64,000 nt of DNA from Hellea sp. (lineage in GTDB: Bacteria; Pseudomonadota; Alphaproteobacteria; Caulobacterales; Maricaulaceae): assembly GCA_013002305.1 (NCBI GenBank), contig JABDKG010000072.1, forward strand, positions 11,718-75,717, read 5' to 3'. Shown piece by piece: positions 9,600-19,401 of the stretch. The notes under the pieces are model-generated. The model made no database searches. It was not told the origin of the DNA and saw only the letters and a program-made list of their open reading frames with translations. How positions within the stretch are numbered: the first letter of the stretch is position 1; each line of letters begins with the position of its first letter. The position numbers and the translations under genes were made by a program.

Positions 9600-10331
9600 A
9601 TGAGTAAGCGAGTCGAGAAAGCCGCCGCCGGAATTGAGTCAGACGTTGTTGATCTGACCGAGCGGCTCAAACATAAGCCGGACACTGATCAGGAAATTCG
9701 CCTCCTCGAAGCGCTGTTATTCGCCGCGGTGGAACCGATCGATGTTGAAACCTTGCGCGAAAGAATGCCGGATGATGTCGATGTCGGTGCATTGCTGGCC
9801 CGGCTTCAGCGCGACTATGCGGGGCGCGGCGTGAATCTTGTCCACGTCGCGGGCCGTTGGCGTTTTCAAACGGCGCCTGATCTCGAACATCACCTATTAG
9901 ACATCAAAGAGGCGCCAAGGAAATTATCCCGCGCGGCACTCGAAACGCTCGCTATTGTCGCCTACCACCAGCCCGTCACGCGCGCTGAAATCGAGGATGT
10001 CCGCGGTGTTGGCGTATCGAAAGGCACGCTCGACGTGTTGATGGAGCTTGGCTGGGTCAGACTGCGTGGCCGTCGCCGCACGCCGGGACGCCCGGTGACC
10101 TACGGCACAACCGATGGGTTTTTAGCTCATTTCAACCTTGAAAATATAACAGATTTGCCGGGCAGGGACGACCTTAAGGCCGCCGGTCTGCTTGATCCGC
10201 GACTGCCAAAAGACTTTGAAATGCCGGCGCCAATCATGTCTGATGATTTGGAAGCTGATGAAGATCCACTGGATGAAAATGATGATCCGGAGTTTTTCGA
10301 AGACTTTTTAAACGATGATGAAAATGAGTAA
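9600..10331 (+). CDS. scpB: segregation and condensation protein B (acidic C-terminal tail)
   Basis: Contains LEALLFAA.EP, ALETLAIVAYHQPVTRAEIE.VRGV and GRPVTYGTT. Confidence 0.9.
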   Translation: MSKRVEKAAAGIESDVVDLTERLKHKPDTDQEIRLLEALLFAAVEPIDVETLRERMPDDVDVGALLARLQRDYAGRGVNLVHVAGRWRFQTAPDLEHHLLDIKEAPRKLSRAALETLAIVAYHQPVTRAEIEDVRGVGVSKGTLDVLMELGWVRLRGRRRTPGRPVTYGTTDGFLAHFNLENITDLPGRDDLKAAGLLDPRLPKDFEMPAPIMSDDLEADEDPLDENDDPEFFEDFLNDDENE

Positions 10332-10400
10332 GCTTGCGATTGCGGTTTAAGTGCCTATATCCTAGAAGCTCAGCTAGATACAAAAATAGAAAGTTGTCCC

Positions 10401-10643
10401 ATGACGAATCCTGTTGCACTTATGGCCGTTGGCGTAGTTGGTCCTTGGCAAGCCTTGGTCGTTATTGCGCTGATTATCATTCTTTTTGGCGGCAAAGGTA
10501 GAATTTCGTCCATCATGGGCGATATGGCCAAAGGGATCACTAGTTTTCGCAAAGGGCTTAAGGATGACGTTAGCGACTCCGCAGACGCAGCCGAAGACGC
10601 TATCGACGTGACGCCCAAAGAAAAAAGCAAGCAGAAAAAATAG
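10401..10643 (+). CDS. tatA: twin-arginine translocase subunit TatA/E
   Basis: TM helix followed by an amphipathic helix ([37 protein letters not shown]). The in-frame ATG at 10422 fits homologue length better and may be the real start. Confidence 0.9.
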   Translation: MTNPVALMAVGVVGPWQALVVIALIIILFGGKGRISSIMGDMAKGITSFRKGLKDDVSDSADAAEDAIDVTPKEKSKQKK

Positions 10644-10673
10644 CCGCTGAGTAGGCGGCCTTGAGGGACACGC

Positions 10674-11012
10674 ATGATCCCACAACCCGGATTTATGGAA
10701 ATGATGATCGTGGTCTTATTGGCCATCGTTGTTGTGGGTCCAAAAGATTTACCAAAGCTAATGCGCTCGATCGGACAGTTTTTCGCAAAAATTCGGGCTT
10801 TGGGGCAGGAATTTAAAACGGCCTTTGACGAGATGGGGCACGCCGAAGAAATGGCCGAACTGCGTAAAGAGATCGAAGATCTGAAAAAAATGGGCAAGCT
10901 TTCTAACCTGTCAGATGAGGCTCTCGAAGAAGACATGCGCGAATTGGACCGGGATATCCGCGAAGGCACTGATCTCAATAATCCTAAAACTGATGATGGC
11001 GGCGCTACGTGA
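10674..11012 (+). CDS. tatB: twin-arginine translocase subunit TatB
   Basis: Contains MEMMIVVLLAIVVVGPKDLPKLMRSIGQFFAKIR. Lies between tatA and tatC. Confidence 0.85.
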   Translation: MIPQPGFMEMMIVVLLAIVVVGPKDLPKLMRSIGQFFAKIRALGQEFKTAFDEMGHAEEMAELRKEIEDLKKMGKLSNLSDEALEEDMRELDRDIREGTDLNNPKTDDGGAT

Positions 11013-11821
11013 GCGAGACGCCCAAACTGGAAAATCCGGAAGATGAAGTTGAGCAAAGTAAAGCGCCTCTGCTTGAGCACCTGACCGAGCTTAGATCGCG
11101 CCTTATCAAAAGCATAATGGCGTTGGTTTTAGGCTGTATCATTGTCATTCCGTTCTTAAATGACATTTTGACCTTCCTGGTCGCGCCATTTGAACAGGCG
11201 GTCAACAAGTTAAATGAGACGCGTCTGAATAAAGGGCTGGAACCCTTAAACGATGATCTGATTTCGACCGAAGTGTTGGAGACATTCTTTGTCAACGTCA
11301 AACTGGCTGTATTTGGCGGCATCATTCTCGCTTTTCCAGTCTTTGCCTATCAGATTTACCGTTTTGTTGCGCCCGGTCTGTATAAGAATGAGAAACGCGC
11401 TTTTCTGCCCTATCTTATTGTTTCTCCCGTGCTTTTTAGTCTCGGTGCGGCGCTCGTCTTCTATTATATTTTCCCCTACGTTTTGCGATTTGGACTTGGA
11501 ATGTCGACAAGCGGGAATATCGATCTTCTTCCGCGGATTAGTGATTATTTGAGACTGGCCATCCGCCTATTTATCGCCTTTGGTCTATCATTTCAGTTGC
11601 CGGTGGTTTTATCTCTTTTGGGCCGCGCCGGGATTGTCAGTTCCGCTACGCTGAAGAAGGGAAGGCGCTATGCCATAGTCGGGATTGCTGTGTTCGCCGC
11701 CTTTGTGACGCCGCCTGATCCGCTCACGCAAATTGTTCTCGGAAGCGCTATTTATCTGCTTTATGAGATTTCGATAATCTCCGTGCGCATGCTCGAAAAA
11801 AAAGCGCAAACCACTGATTGA
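11009..11821 (+). CDS. tatC: twin-arginine translocase subunit TatC
   Basis: GTG start overlapping the tatB stop. Contains PLLEHLTELRSRLI, six TM helices, and TPPDPLTQ. Confidence 0.95.
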   Translation: MSETPKLENPEDEVEQSKAPLLEHLTELRSRLIKSIMALVLGCIIVIPFLNDILTFLVAPFEQAVNKLNETRLNKGLEPLNDDLISTEVLETFFVNVKLAVFGGIILAFPVFAYQIYRFVAPGLYKNEKRAFLPYLIVSPVLFSLGAALVFYYIFPYVLRFGLGMSTSGNIDLLPRISDYLRLAIRLFIAFGLSFQLPVVLSLLGRAGIVSSATLKKGRRYAIVGIAVFAAFVTPPDPLTQIVLGSAIYLLYEISIISVRMLEKKAQTTD

Positions 11822-12350
11822 TCCGTTTGCGATCGATAATATACCAGATCACGATCGCCCCGAACATTTTTCCTATTATCGACATGCTGACATTCGGTAA
11901 GCTAAAGCTCCCGGGGATCATGTCATTGGCGAGATACAGAAATATTGTTGTATCAAGCGGCGCAGCTAGCGCTGAGGATAATAACACCCGTGTCGCCAAA
12001 CGTAATTTGGTGAAACTGAATAAGGCCCAATCAATCAGCTCCGCGATAATGAAGGCGGTGCCGCTGGCAAGCGCCAATTCTGGTCCGGCAAAATATGCTG
12101 TGAGTACCAGTGCTATCAACATTGCTATTAAGACTTCATGGCCGATCTCTCGTTGGGCAAAGTCTCTAACGACGAGAATCAATCCTGTTATTATGGTGAT
12201 GGGGTTGAAAGCCCATTCCGGAAATAGCTCGACTTTGAAGTCCAGACTAAAGGTCCAATTTACAAACGGAATTAGCAGGATATAGATCAGCGTATATTTG
12301 AAATACCGCATACTAGTTTTTGCAGGTTCGCGTTCGGCATAATCTGACAT
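11748..12350 (-). CDS. VUT family (DUF165, YhhQ-like) queuosine-precursor transporter
   Basis: Multi-TM. Contains VVRDFAQREIGH and PLDTTIFL. The start is uncertain (ATG at 12350 or 12311). The 3' end overlaps tatC by 74 nt. Confidence 0.8.
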   Translation of the reverse strand: MSDYAEREPAKTSMRYFKYTLIYILLIPFVNWTFSLDFKVELFPEWAFNPITIITGLILVVRDFAQREIGHEVLIAMLIALVLTAYFAGPELALASGTAFIIAELIDWALFSFTKLRLATRVLLSSALAAPLDTTIFLYLANDMIPGSFSLPNVSMSIIGKMFGAIVIWYIIDRKRINQWFALFFRACARRLSKSHKADK

Positions 12351-12394
12351 TGGCCGACTATACGTAAGCTCCGCGTTGGTGTAACCCGCAAATC

Positions 12395-12910
12395 ATGACA
12401 AATTTCCCCAAAATTTCGGCAATAGTCGCCAAGTCGCAAAATAGTGTAATTGGCCGAGATGGCGGACTGCCCTGGCATTTATCTTCGGATCTCCAGTTTT
12501 TCAAAAAAACGACCATGGGAAAGCCGGTTATGATGGGCCGTGTAACCTGGGAGGGTCTGCCATTTCCATTGCCGGGCCGTCCCAACCTGGTCTTAACCCG
12601 TAATCAAGATTATATGTCTCCGAATGCGGAAATTTATAATTCAATCAATGATTTGGTTGGGCGCGGTAATGAGATGGCAGGCGAGCTGGGTATTGATGAA
12701 ATAATGGTGGTGGGCGGGGCGAAGCTCTATGCGGAAATGCTTGAATATTGTGATCGGCTATATGTTACCGATGTCCATGTGAGCTTATCTGGCGACGCCC
12801 ATTTCCCCATTATTGAGCCAACCGACTGGAATCTCTCATCTGAAAGGATTCACGGCGCCGGTCCGAAAGATGATCACGACTTTACCATTCGAATTTATGA
12901 TCGGAAATAG
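12395..12910 (+). CDS. folA: dihydrofolate reductase
   Basis: Contains IVAKSQNSVIGRDGGLPWHLSSDLQFFKKTTMGKPVMMGRVTWEGL. Confidence 0.95.
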   Translation: MTNFPKISAIVAKSQNSVIGRDGGLPWHLSSDLQFFKKTTMGKPVMMGRVTWEGLPFPLPGRPNLVLTRNQDYMSPNAEIYNSINDLVGRGNEMAGELGIDEIMVVGGAKLYAEMLEYCDRLYVTDVHVSLSGDAHFPIIEPTDWNLSSERIHGAGPKDDHDFTIRIYDRK

Positions 12911-12989
12911 TCTGAATTATTCATATCAGGGTCTTGATATAAACCGGCTTCAAGTCCACATATAGGCAAATCTAATTAGCGGAGACGAT

Positions 12990-14093
12990 ATGCCAGATAA
13001 TAAGAGCCCGTGGGGTAGTGGCTCCAGCGGCGGAAATGGCGGCGGGAAAAGCCCATGGGGCCAAGGCGGTCAGGATCGACCTCGTCCGAAGAGCCCAAAG
13101 CCGATGGACAATCCATTTGAAGATCTTAAGCGAAGATTTGGTGGCGGCGGGCCCAGAAAACCCGGTAGCGGGAAAGGTGGTCCTATGGGACGGGTCGGGC
13201 CATTTGGCTTGTTCGTTATTGTCGCGGCGCTAATGTTACTATTCTCGTGTTTCTATACGGTTGACCAAAAAGAAGATGCGCTGGTTTTTCGCTTCGGTAA
13301 GTTTTCGAGATCATCAGCTCCCGGTTTGAATTTTAAATTACCGTCGCCTTTTGAATCTGTCGTCAAACGCGAAATTTCAAGTATTAATCAAGAGAATATT
13401 GGCGGAACTGATAGTGCCAGCTTAATGCTGACAGGCGACGAAAATATCGTCGATATCGATTTCACTGTTCTTTGGCGGATCAGCAATTTGCATGATTTTA
13501 TTATCAATGTTGATGAAACAGATGGCGCAGTTCGCGCTGTCGCAGAGAGCGCTATGCGCGAAATCGTCGGGAAAAATGAGCTCGAAAAGATCATCACGAC
13601 CGACCGTCTAAAAATTACAATTGATGTTCGAGATCTTATGCAAGTAACGCTGGACGAGTATGAAGCCGGTGTTGAGATTGTTGAGGTTCAGTTACAGAAA
13701 GCCGACCCGCCGCAAGAAGGTAATGTTATCGAAGCTTTCCGGGACGTCGTGAATGCCCAGCAGGACGCTGAGACATTGGTCAATAAAGCCACAGCTTATA
13801 AAAATGATATTGTTCCGAGAGCCCGGGGTGAAGCGGTTCAAATTATTCAAGACGCTGAAGCTTACAAGGATAAGATGATCGCAGAATCAAATGGTGAAGC
13901 TCAGCGCTTCAAACTCATTCTTGAAGAATATAAAGCCGCGCCGCGCGTGACTCGTTACCGGATGTATCTGGAGACAATGGAAGAGGTCTACGGTCCGGCC
14001 AATAAAATGATCCTGGACGGCGAATCGGGTTCTGGCGTTGTGCCCTATCTCCCGCTTGATGAATTAAGACCCCGTACACAGGGAGGCAAATAA
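12990..14093 (+). CDS. hflK: FtsH protease activity modulator HflK
   Basis: Gly-rich N-terminus (SPWGSGSSGGNGGGKSPWG), one TM and an SPFH/band-7 domain. Followed by hflC. Confidence 0.9.
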   Translation: MPDNKSPWGSGSSGGNGGGKSPWGQGGQDRPRPKSPKPMDNPFEDLKRRFGGGGPRKPGSGKGGPMGRVGPFGLFVIVAALMLLFSCFYTVDQKEDALVFRFGKFSRSSAPGLNFKLPSPFESVVKREISSINQENIGGTDSASLMLTGDENIVDIDFTVLWRISNLHDFIINVDETDGAVRAVAESAMREIVGKNELEKIITTDRLKITIDVRDLMQVTLDEYEAGVEIVEVQLQKADPPQEGNVIEAFRDVVNAQQDAETLVNKATAYKNDIVPRARGEAVQIIQDAEAYKDKMIAESNGEAQRFKLILEEYKAAPRVTRYRMYLETMEEVYGPANKMILDGESGSGVVPYLPLDELRPRTQGGK

Positions 14094-14094
14094 A

Positions 14095-14982
14095 ATGAAA
14101 TTCAAAGCTATTTACGGCATCATTGCCTTTGTTATTTTCGCAATCATTTGGGCCTGTGTATTTACAGTCAAAGAATGGGAGCAAGGCCTCGTCCTCGAAT
14201 TTGGTAAAGCCAAACGTGTTGAGAATGAATGGGGGAAGCCCTCTGATGCCGGGCTGAAGTTCAAAGCTCCTTGGGAAAGCGTCGTCAAACTGGATCGGCG
14301 CAATTTGGAAATTGATTTGAAACCCGTTGAATTGTTGGCATCGGATCAGGAACGCCTCGTCGTCGACGCTTTTGTTCGCTATCGAATTCTAAACGGTATC
14401 AAGTATTACGAAGCGCTTCGCGACGAAGCCGGTGCCGAACAAAAACTGAATTCGATTATGGATTCGACTTTGCGCGATGTTTTGGGCCGTGTTGACACGC
14501 CGGAGATCATAGCAGGACGCCGGGCTGAATTAATGGCTGAAATTCAAGATGTTTCCAATCAGGTTGCCGCTAATCAGGATTTGGGCGTCGAAATAATTGA
14601 CGTCCGAATTAAACGCGCAGACCTGCCGCGTGAAAACGCCGAGAGAGTATTTGCCCGAATGGTGACACAGCGTGAGCAAGAAGCTTCGCTAAAGCGTGCC
14701 CAAGGTCAGGAACGGGCTCAAGAAATCAGAGCAACGGCTGAGAAAGAAGCGACGGTCATTAAAGCCAAAGCCAGAGAGCAGTCAGAAATTATCCGCGGTC
14801 AAGGCGATAAACAACGAAACGCAATTTACGCTGAAGCCTACGAGCAGGACGCGGATTTCTTTGAATTTTACAGAAGTATGGAAGCCTATAAAAAATCGTT
14901 AAAAGAAGGCACGACCTACATTATGTCACCTGATAGTGAATTTCTCGAGTTTTTAAACCGTCAATCTGGCGGTCGACGCTAG
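14095..14982 (+). CDS. hflC: protease modulator HflC
   Basis: N-terminal TM and an SPFH domain. Begins 1 nt after hflK. Confidence 0.9.
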   Translation: MKFKAIYGIIAFVIFAIIWACVFTVKEWEQGLVLEFGKAKRVENEWGKPSDAGLKFKAPWESVVKLDRRNLEIDLKPVELLASDQERLVVDAFVRYRILNGIKYYEALRDEAGAEQKLNSIMDSTLRDVLGRVDTPEIIAGRRAELMAEIQDVSNQVAANQDLGVEIIDVRIKRADLPRENAERVFARMVTQREQEASLKRAQGQERAQEIRATAEKEATVIKAKAREQSEIIRGQGDKQRNAIYAEAYEQDADFFEFYRSMEAYKKSLKEGTTYIMSPDSEFLEFLNRQSGGRR

Positions 14983-14990
14983 GGAAATCA

Positions 14991-15197
14991 ATGAGTCTTT
15001 TGACGATTTCATTGATCGCAATGGGCGGCGCCTTTGCTATTGAGGGAGCCCTCTGGGCGGTGATTCCGAGTAAAATGCGGCAGCTCTATGAAGACTCGTT
15101 CAGGATGGGTGATCGGATGCTTCATAGCGCCGGCCTGTTTTCAGTCGCGATCGGTATGATATTGATCGTCCTGGGTGCCAAATTATCGGGTCTTTAA
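14991..15197 (+). CDS. DUF2065 family small membrane protein
   Basis: 68 aa with two hydrophobic helices. This is the conserved position downstream of hflC. Confidence 0.7.
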   Translation: MSLLTISLIAMGGAFAIEGALWAVIPSKMRQLYEDSFRMGDRMLHSAGLFSVAIGMILIVLGAKLSGL

Positions 15198-15261
15198 CTG
15201 TTGTCCGCAATTTATGTGACCGAGTTTTCACGCTATAATGCTTTGGAAATTCTCCTAGCCT

Positions 15262-16692
15262 ATGTATGATTGTTTTATGACCCGACTTTTAAGCCTTTTG
15301 ACCATGTGTGTATTTATGGCGGCATTTGCAGGAACGCCTGCGCCCGCCCATGCCAAAGGCGTTCCAGAAGGATTTACCAAACTGACCAAAGAGCTCAGCC
15401 CGGCCGTGGTCAATATATCGACTGCGCAAAAAGTCGAAGTCTCCGATTTTGTTCCCCTTTACCCGGAGGGATCTCCGCTGGAAGGATTTAATGACTTCTT
15501 CGGCGGCAATAATGGGAGTGGCCGCGTCTCCAAATCTTTGGGTTCAGGGTTCGTTATCGATCCTGATGGGTTTATTGTTACCAACAATCACGTGATCGAA
15601 GACGCTGATGTGATCGAGGTCATTTTTCCTAATGGCGACGTTTATGATGCCGAATTATTGGGCCGTGATCCTGCGACTGATTTGGCATTATTGAAAATTG
15701 ACGATGAGGATCCATTCCCAAGCGTGAATTTTGGCGATTCCGATACGATCGAAGTCGGGGAATGGGTGATGGCGATCGGCAATCCGTTTGGTTATGGCGG
15801 ATCGGTCTCGGCAGGTATCGTGTCGGCACGCAATCGATCGCTGGAAATGGGCGCATATGATGATTTCATTCAAACTGACGTCGCTATCAATCAAGGCAAT
15901 TCCGGTGGACCGCTTTTCAATATGGACGGCGAAGTGATCGGTGTGAACACAGCTATTATTTCGCCCACTGGCGGAAGCGTCGGCATAAGTTTCTCTATTC
16001 CATCAGATCTGGCAGGATCTGTTGTCGCTCAGCTCAAGGAGTATGGCGAAACTCGGCGCGCGACCATTGGTATTCGCGTTCAGGAAATAGATCGAAAACT
16101 CGCCAAATCGCTAAAACTGGATGAACCTAAAGGGGCCATCGTCACGCGCGTAACGGAAGGTAAGCCTGGGGACGAAGCCGGGATGAAAGTCGGAGATGTG
16201 ATCCTTAATGTTGGCGGTGTTGACGTCGATAACAATCGAGAGCTTTTTCGAATAATTGCCGATACCAAGGTCGGCAAGCCTGTCGACGTTACGGTTCTGC
16301 GTAAGAAAAAACGTCGCGTTTTGTCTGTAACGCCAGATCGCTTGAAAGAAAAAGTGACAAAAGATAATTTAAAGGGCGAAGAAAGAAACCCAGATATGGC
16401 CGATTTGGATATAATGGGCATATCCATCGAAGGGCTAACTGACGCTACGCGACGAACGCATAAGATAAAACCTGAAGTCGAAGGCGTGCGGGTTTTACTG
16501 GTCAACTCGCGAAGCCCGGCCGCCGGCAAACTGCGCGAAGGCGATATTATTGAGCAGGTCAATTTTGAGGATATATCTACCCCAAAGGCTTTTGAAGACG
16601 CGATCAATTCAGCGCGAGACAATGGGCAGACTGTGACCTTTATGGTCAATCGGAACGGTAATTACATTTTCTATTCTTTTGACTCCGCCTAA
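15262..16692 (+). CDS. Do-family (DegP/DegQ/HtrA) periplasmic serine endoprotease with two PDZ domains
   Basis: Signal peptide; TNNHVI (His), DLALLKI (Asp), GNSGGPLF (Ser). The ATG at 15277 (MTRLLSLL...) is an alternative start. Confidence 0.9.
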   Translation: MYDCFMTRLLSLLTMCVFMAAFAGTPAPAHAKGVPEGFTKLTKELSPAVVNISTAQKVEVSDFVPLYPEGSPLEGFNDFFGGNNGSGRVSKSLGSGFVIDPDGFIVTNNHVIEDADVIEVIFPNGDVYDAELLGRDPATDLALLKIDDEDPFPSVNFGDSDTIEVGEWVMAIGNPFGYGGSVSAGIVSARNRSLEMGAYDDFIQTDVAINQGNSGGPLFNMDGEVIGVNTAIISPTGGSVGISFSIPSDLAGSVVAQLKEYGETRRATIGIRVQEIDRKLAKSLKLDEPKGAIVTRVTEGKPGDEAGMKVGDVILNVGGVDVDNNRELFRIIADTKVGKPVDVTVLRKKKRRVLSVTPDRLKEKVTKDNLKGEERNPDMADLDIMGISIEGLTDATRRTHKIKPEVEGVRVLLVNSRSPAAGKLREGDIIEQVNFEDISTPKAFEDAINSARDNGQTVTFMVNRNGNYIFYSFDSA

Positions 16693-16695
16693 AAT

Positions 16696-17571
16696 CTAGG
16701 CGAACTCTGCGTCCTTAAAGCCTTGAAAATAAAGCGCTGTTGTCAGATCTGAGTGATTAATAGCGCAGTGTGCCGCTGCCGCAACAGCGGGTTTTGCGTA
16801 ATAAGCAATACCGAGGCCAGCGGCCTTTATCATCGCCAAATCGTTCGCGCCGTCACCGATCGCCACGGCTTGCAACGGGCCGCCGACATTTTCGCTGTGA
16901 TACTCAAGCGCAGCTTGCTTGGCTTCGCGTCCCAGGATTGGATTCTCAACTTCCCCGGTTAGGAGCGTGCCGTCATTTAATAGAATATTGGCCTGATGAT
17001 GGGCAAAGCCGGCGTCTCGCGCAACCCGTTCGCTAAAGAAGGTGAAACCGCCGGAAACAATGACAGTCTTTGCGCCGTGCTTTGCCATGGTTTGGGCCAA
17101 GGTTTTAGCGCCATCATTCAATGAAATACGTTCGTCAAAACATGTCTGCAAAATAGAAGTCGGTAGGTCCTTTAACAGAGCAACCCGCTCGCGAAGCGCG
17201 CCCTCAAACCCGATTTCACCGCGCATGGCGCGCTCTGTTATTTCAGAAACATGATCTTTTACGCCAGCAAAATCCGCAAGTTCATTTATGCATTCTTGCC
17301 CAATCAACGTGGAATCCATATCGCAAATCAAAAGCTGCTTCCGGCGATTTTTATGAAGTTGAACGGAATAATCGAAAACCAGCCCGGCCTGCTCTAGTTC
17401 TTGTACTATAACATGCAGGCGCGATTGAATATTATCGAAATAATCTAGCGCCTTATTATCCGACAAAATATCGATCCGGTCAGTCGGTAATACGCCCAGC
17501 ATTTTTTCAAATTGCATTGCATCGGATTTCGGCAGGACAAGGGTCAGACAGTGCGTTATAGGGTCTGGCAT
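16696..17571 (-). CDS. serB: phosphoserine phosphatase SerB
   Basis: HAD motifs DMDSTLI, SGGF and GDGANDL. Confidence 0.9.
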   Translation of the reverse strand: MPDPITHCLTLVLPKSDAMQFEKMLGVLPTDRIDILSDNKALDYFDNIQSRLHVIVQELEQAGLVFDYSVQLHKNRRKQLLICDMDSTLIGQECINELADFAGVKDHVSEITERAMRGEIGFEGALRERVALLKDLPTSILQTCFDERISLNDGAKTLAQTMAKHGAKTVIVSGGFTFFSERVARDAGFAHHQANILLNDGTLLTGEVENPILGREAKQAALEYHSENVGGPLQAVAIGDGANDLAMIKAAGLGIAYYAKPAVAAAAHCAINHSDLTTALYFQGFKDAEFA

Positions 17572-18514
17572 GAAGCGACTTTCGGATCAGATGAATTTGG
17601 TTGTGTGTATTGCAGGCCCAACTGCCAGCGGCAAGAGCGCTTGGGCGATCGAAATTGCCAAGGCTGTGGATGGCGAGATTATCAACGCCGATTCCATGCA
17701 GGTCTATAAAGAATTGCAAATATTGTCTGCCCGGCCTGGTACGGAAGAAATGGAAGATATTCCGCATCATCTATTCGGGTATGTGCCGGCCTCGCACCGT
17801 TACTCCGCTGGACAATGGACCCGTGAGGCCACAGATCAAATAATTGATTGCCTGGCCCGAGGGAAGGTTCCCATATTGGTGGGAGGAACAGGTTTGTACT
17901 TTAAGGCCCTAACAGAAGGACTGGCGTCCATACCTGCGGTCGATAAAATAGGCATGGATCGGGCAGACGGTCTTCTGAAAGCAGGGATAGACAAATTACG
18001 CAAGGAAGCCGAAAATATTGATCCTGTTGCTGCCGCGCGGGTTTTAGGAAATGATCCTCAAAGACTGCACAGGATTGTCGCCGTCGCGGCTGGTACTGCG
18101 AACATCCTTAGTGAGTGGCAGAAAGACACAAAACCCGTCATCCCGAATAGATATTGGCAGGGCGCTGTAATGCTGCCAGAGCGCGATATGCTCTATGAAA
18201 GAATTAATGCACGTTTTGAAATCATGCTCGAAGATGGCGGACTGGATGAGGCCAAAGCTTTTCACAAATTGAGACTTCCCCGGAATTTACCGGCCGCCAA
18301 GGCGATCGGCGTTACGCCCCTGCTAAATCATTTGGATGGTAAAATATCCTACGACGAGGCAGTTTCACAGGCAAAACGTGACACGAGACGCTTTGCCAAA
18401 AGGCAATTTACTTGGTTTAGAGGGCAAGCTAAGCATTGGTTTTGCGTGAAAAATAACGAAAATAAGCTCGAATTTAGGAAAAATATTCTAAAAAATGTAT
18501 TTGACGGGGCTTAA
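17570..18514 (+). CDS. miaA: tRNA dimethylallyltransferase
   Basis: Contains IAGPTASGKS (P-loop), INADSMQVYKEL and GGTGLYFKAL. Divergent from serB, with a 2-nt start overlap. Confidence 0.95.
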   Translation: MKRLSDQMNLVVCIAGPTASGKSAWAIEIAKAVDGEIINADSMQVYKELQILSARPGTEEMEDIPHHLFGYVPASHRYSAGQWTREATDQIIDCLARGKVPILVGGTGLYFKALTEGLASIPAVDKIGMDRADGLLKAGIDKLRKEAENIDPVAAARVLGNDPQRLHRIVAVAAGTANILSEWQKDTKPVIPNRYWQGAVMLPERDMLYERINARFEIMLEDGGLDEAKAFHKLRLPRNLPAAKAIGVTPLLNHLDGKISYDEAVSQAKRDTRRFAKRQFTWFRGQAKHWFCVKNNENKLEFRKNILKNVFDGA

Positions 18515-18581
18515 AAGGTAAAATATTGTTTAATGGCTCCATGATGGAGCAGTCATGCGCAAACTTACCTTTCTCTGGTAG

Positions 18582-18610
18582 GGCACTCTCAAACGGAGTG
18601 CCTTTTTTTT
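18582..18610 (+). terminator. rho-independent terminator downstream of miaA
   Basis: GGCACTC - 7-nt loop - GAGTGCC followed by T8 (18603-18610). Confidence 0.8.
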
Positions 18611-18705
18611 ATAAGTGCCAGATTGTTACAGGAATTTACTAAAAATCCCTCTTTTGCAAGCGCCGCAATTCACTTAAGCCGCAAAGCAAAGCAATTGGAG
18701 CCGGT

Positions 18706-19401
18706 ATGTTACCGCGGTTTTTTACACATATGGACGATCAGGCGAAACGGGCCGTATTGGTCGTCATCGCAATGTTTATCGTGGTTGGCGCGATTGCGCT
18801 CATTGGAAAAGCGTCCCTTAATCTAGGAGCCGGCGAAAACCTTTCTTGGTTCAACAATGTTAAAAGCTCGCCTTTGGCTTGGTTTATTGTCCTAATTTCA
18901 TTTGTGATCGGCGCGTTTCTCGGCGTTCCGCAATGGGCATTAATTGCCGCTATGACGACGGCTTTCGGTCTCTGGATAGGCGGAGCCGGCGCGTGGATTT
19001 GTACGCTAATTTCGGCCAGTCTGAATTTTTGGTTGGCCCGCTGGGTCGGCGCTGAAAGAGTGAGCCAATATGGCGGAGACTTGGTCAATCGAATAGCAGA
19101 TATTGTCCGTAGGAATGGATTTATGACGAGCTTCGCCGTCCGGCTTGTTCCAACCGGTCCTTTCATCCTAGTCAATATGGCCGCGGGCGTTTCTCAAATG
19201 AAATACGCCCATTTCACAGCTGGTACAGCGCTGGGCATAATTCCGAAAATCGTCATTGTTGGCCTGATCACGCAGGGAATCCTCTCCGAAGACGGCAACA
19301 TCTGGACACGCATTATTCCCATAGCGCTCGCCATTTTATTCGTTGGTTTAATGCTCTTAGCGCGTAAAAGGCTTCGGACGGTTGTAAAACCGATTGATTG
19401 A
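18706..19401 (+). CDS. TVP38/TMEM64 (DedA-related, SNARE-associated) family membrane protein
   Basis: 231 aa, multi-TM. Contains WLARWVG and VRLVPTGPFILVNMAAGVS, typical of the family. Confidence 0.8.
   Translation: MLPRFFTHMDDQAKRAVLVVIAMFIVVGAIALIGKASLNLGAGENLSWFNNVKSSPLAWFIVLISFVIGAFLGVPQWALIAAMTTAFGLWIGGAGAWICTLISASLNFWLARWVGAERVSQYGGDLVNRIADIVRRNGFMTSFAVRLVPTGPFILVNMAAGVSQMKYAHFTAGTALGIIPKIVIVGLITQGILSEDGNIWTRIIPIALAILFVGLMLLARKRLRTVVKPID

Noticed and set aside
10370-11080. 236-aa ORF on the minus strand spanning tatA and tatB
   Set aside because: It is antisense to two well-supported, motif-bearing genes. Its translation is Ser/Ile/Arg-rich low complexity with no motif or RBS, as expected for a shadow ORF.
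18541-18582. 13-codon mini-ORF (MMEQSCANLPFLW) in the miaA downstream region, considered as an attenuation leader peptide
   Set aside because: It has no run of regulatory codons and no SD. The downstream gene (TVP38 family) is not an amino-acid biosynthesis gene. The region is better described as an RNA structure (see finding).
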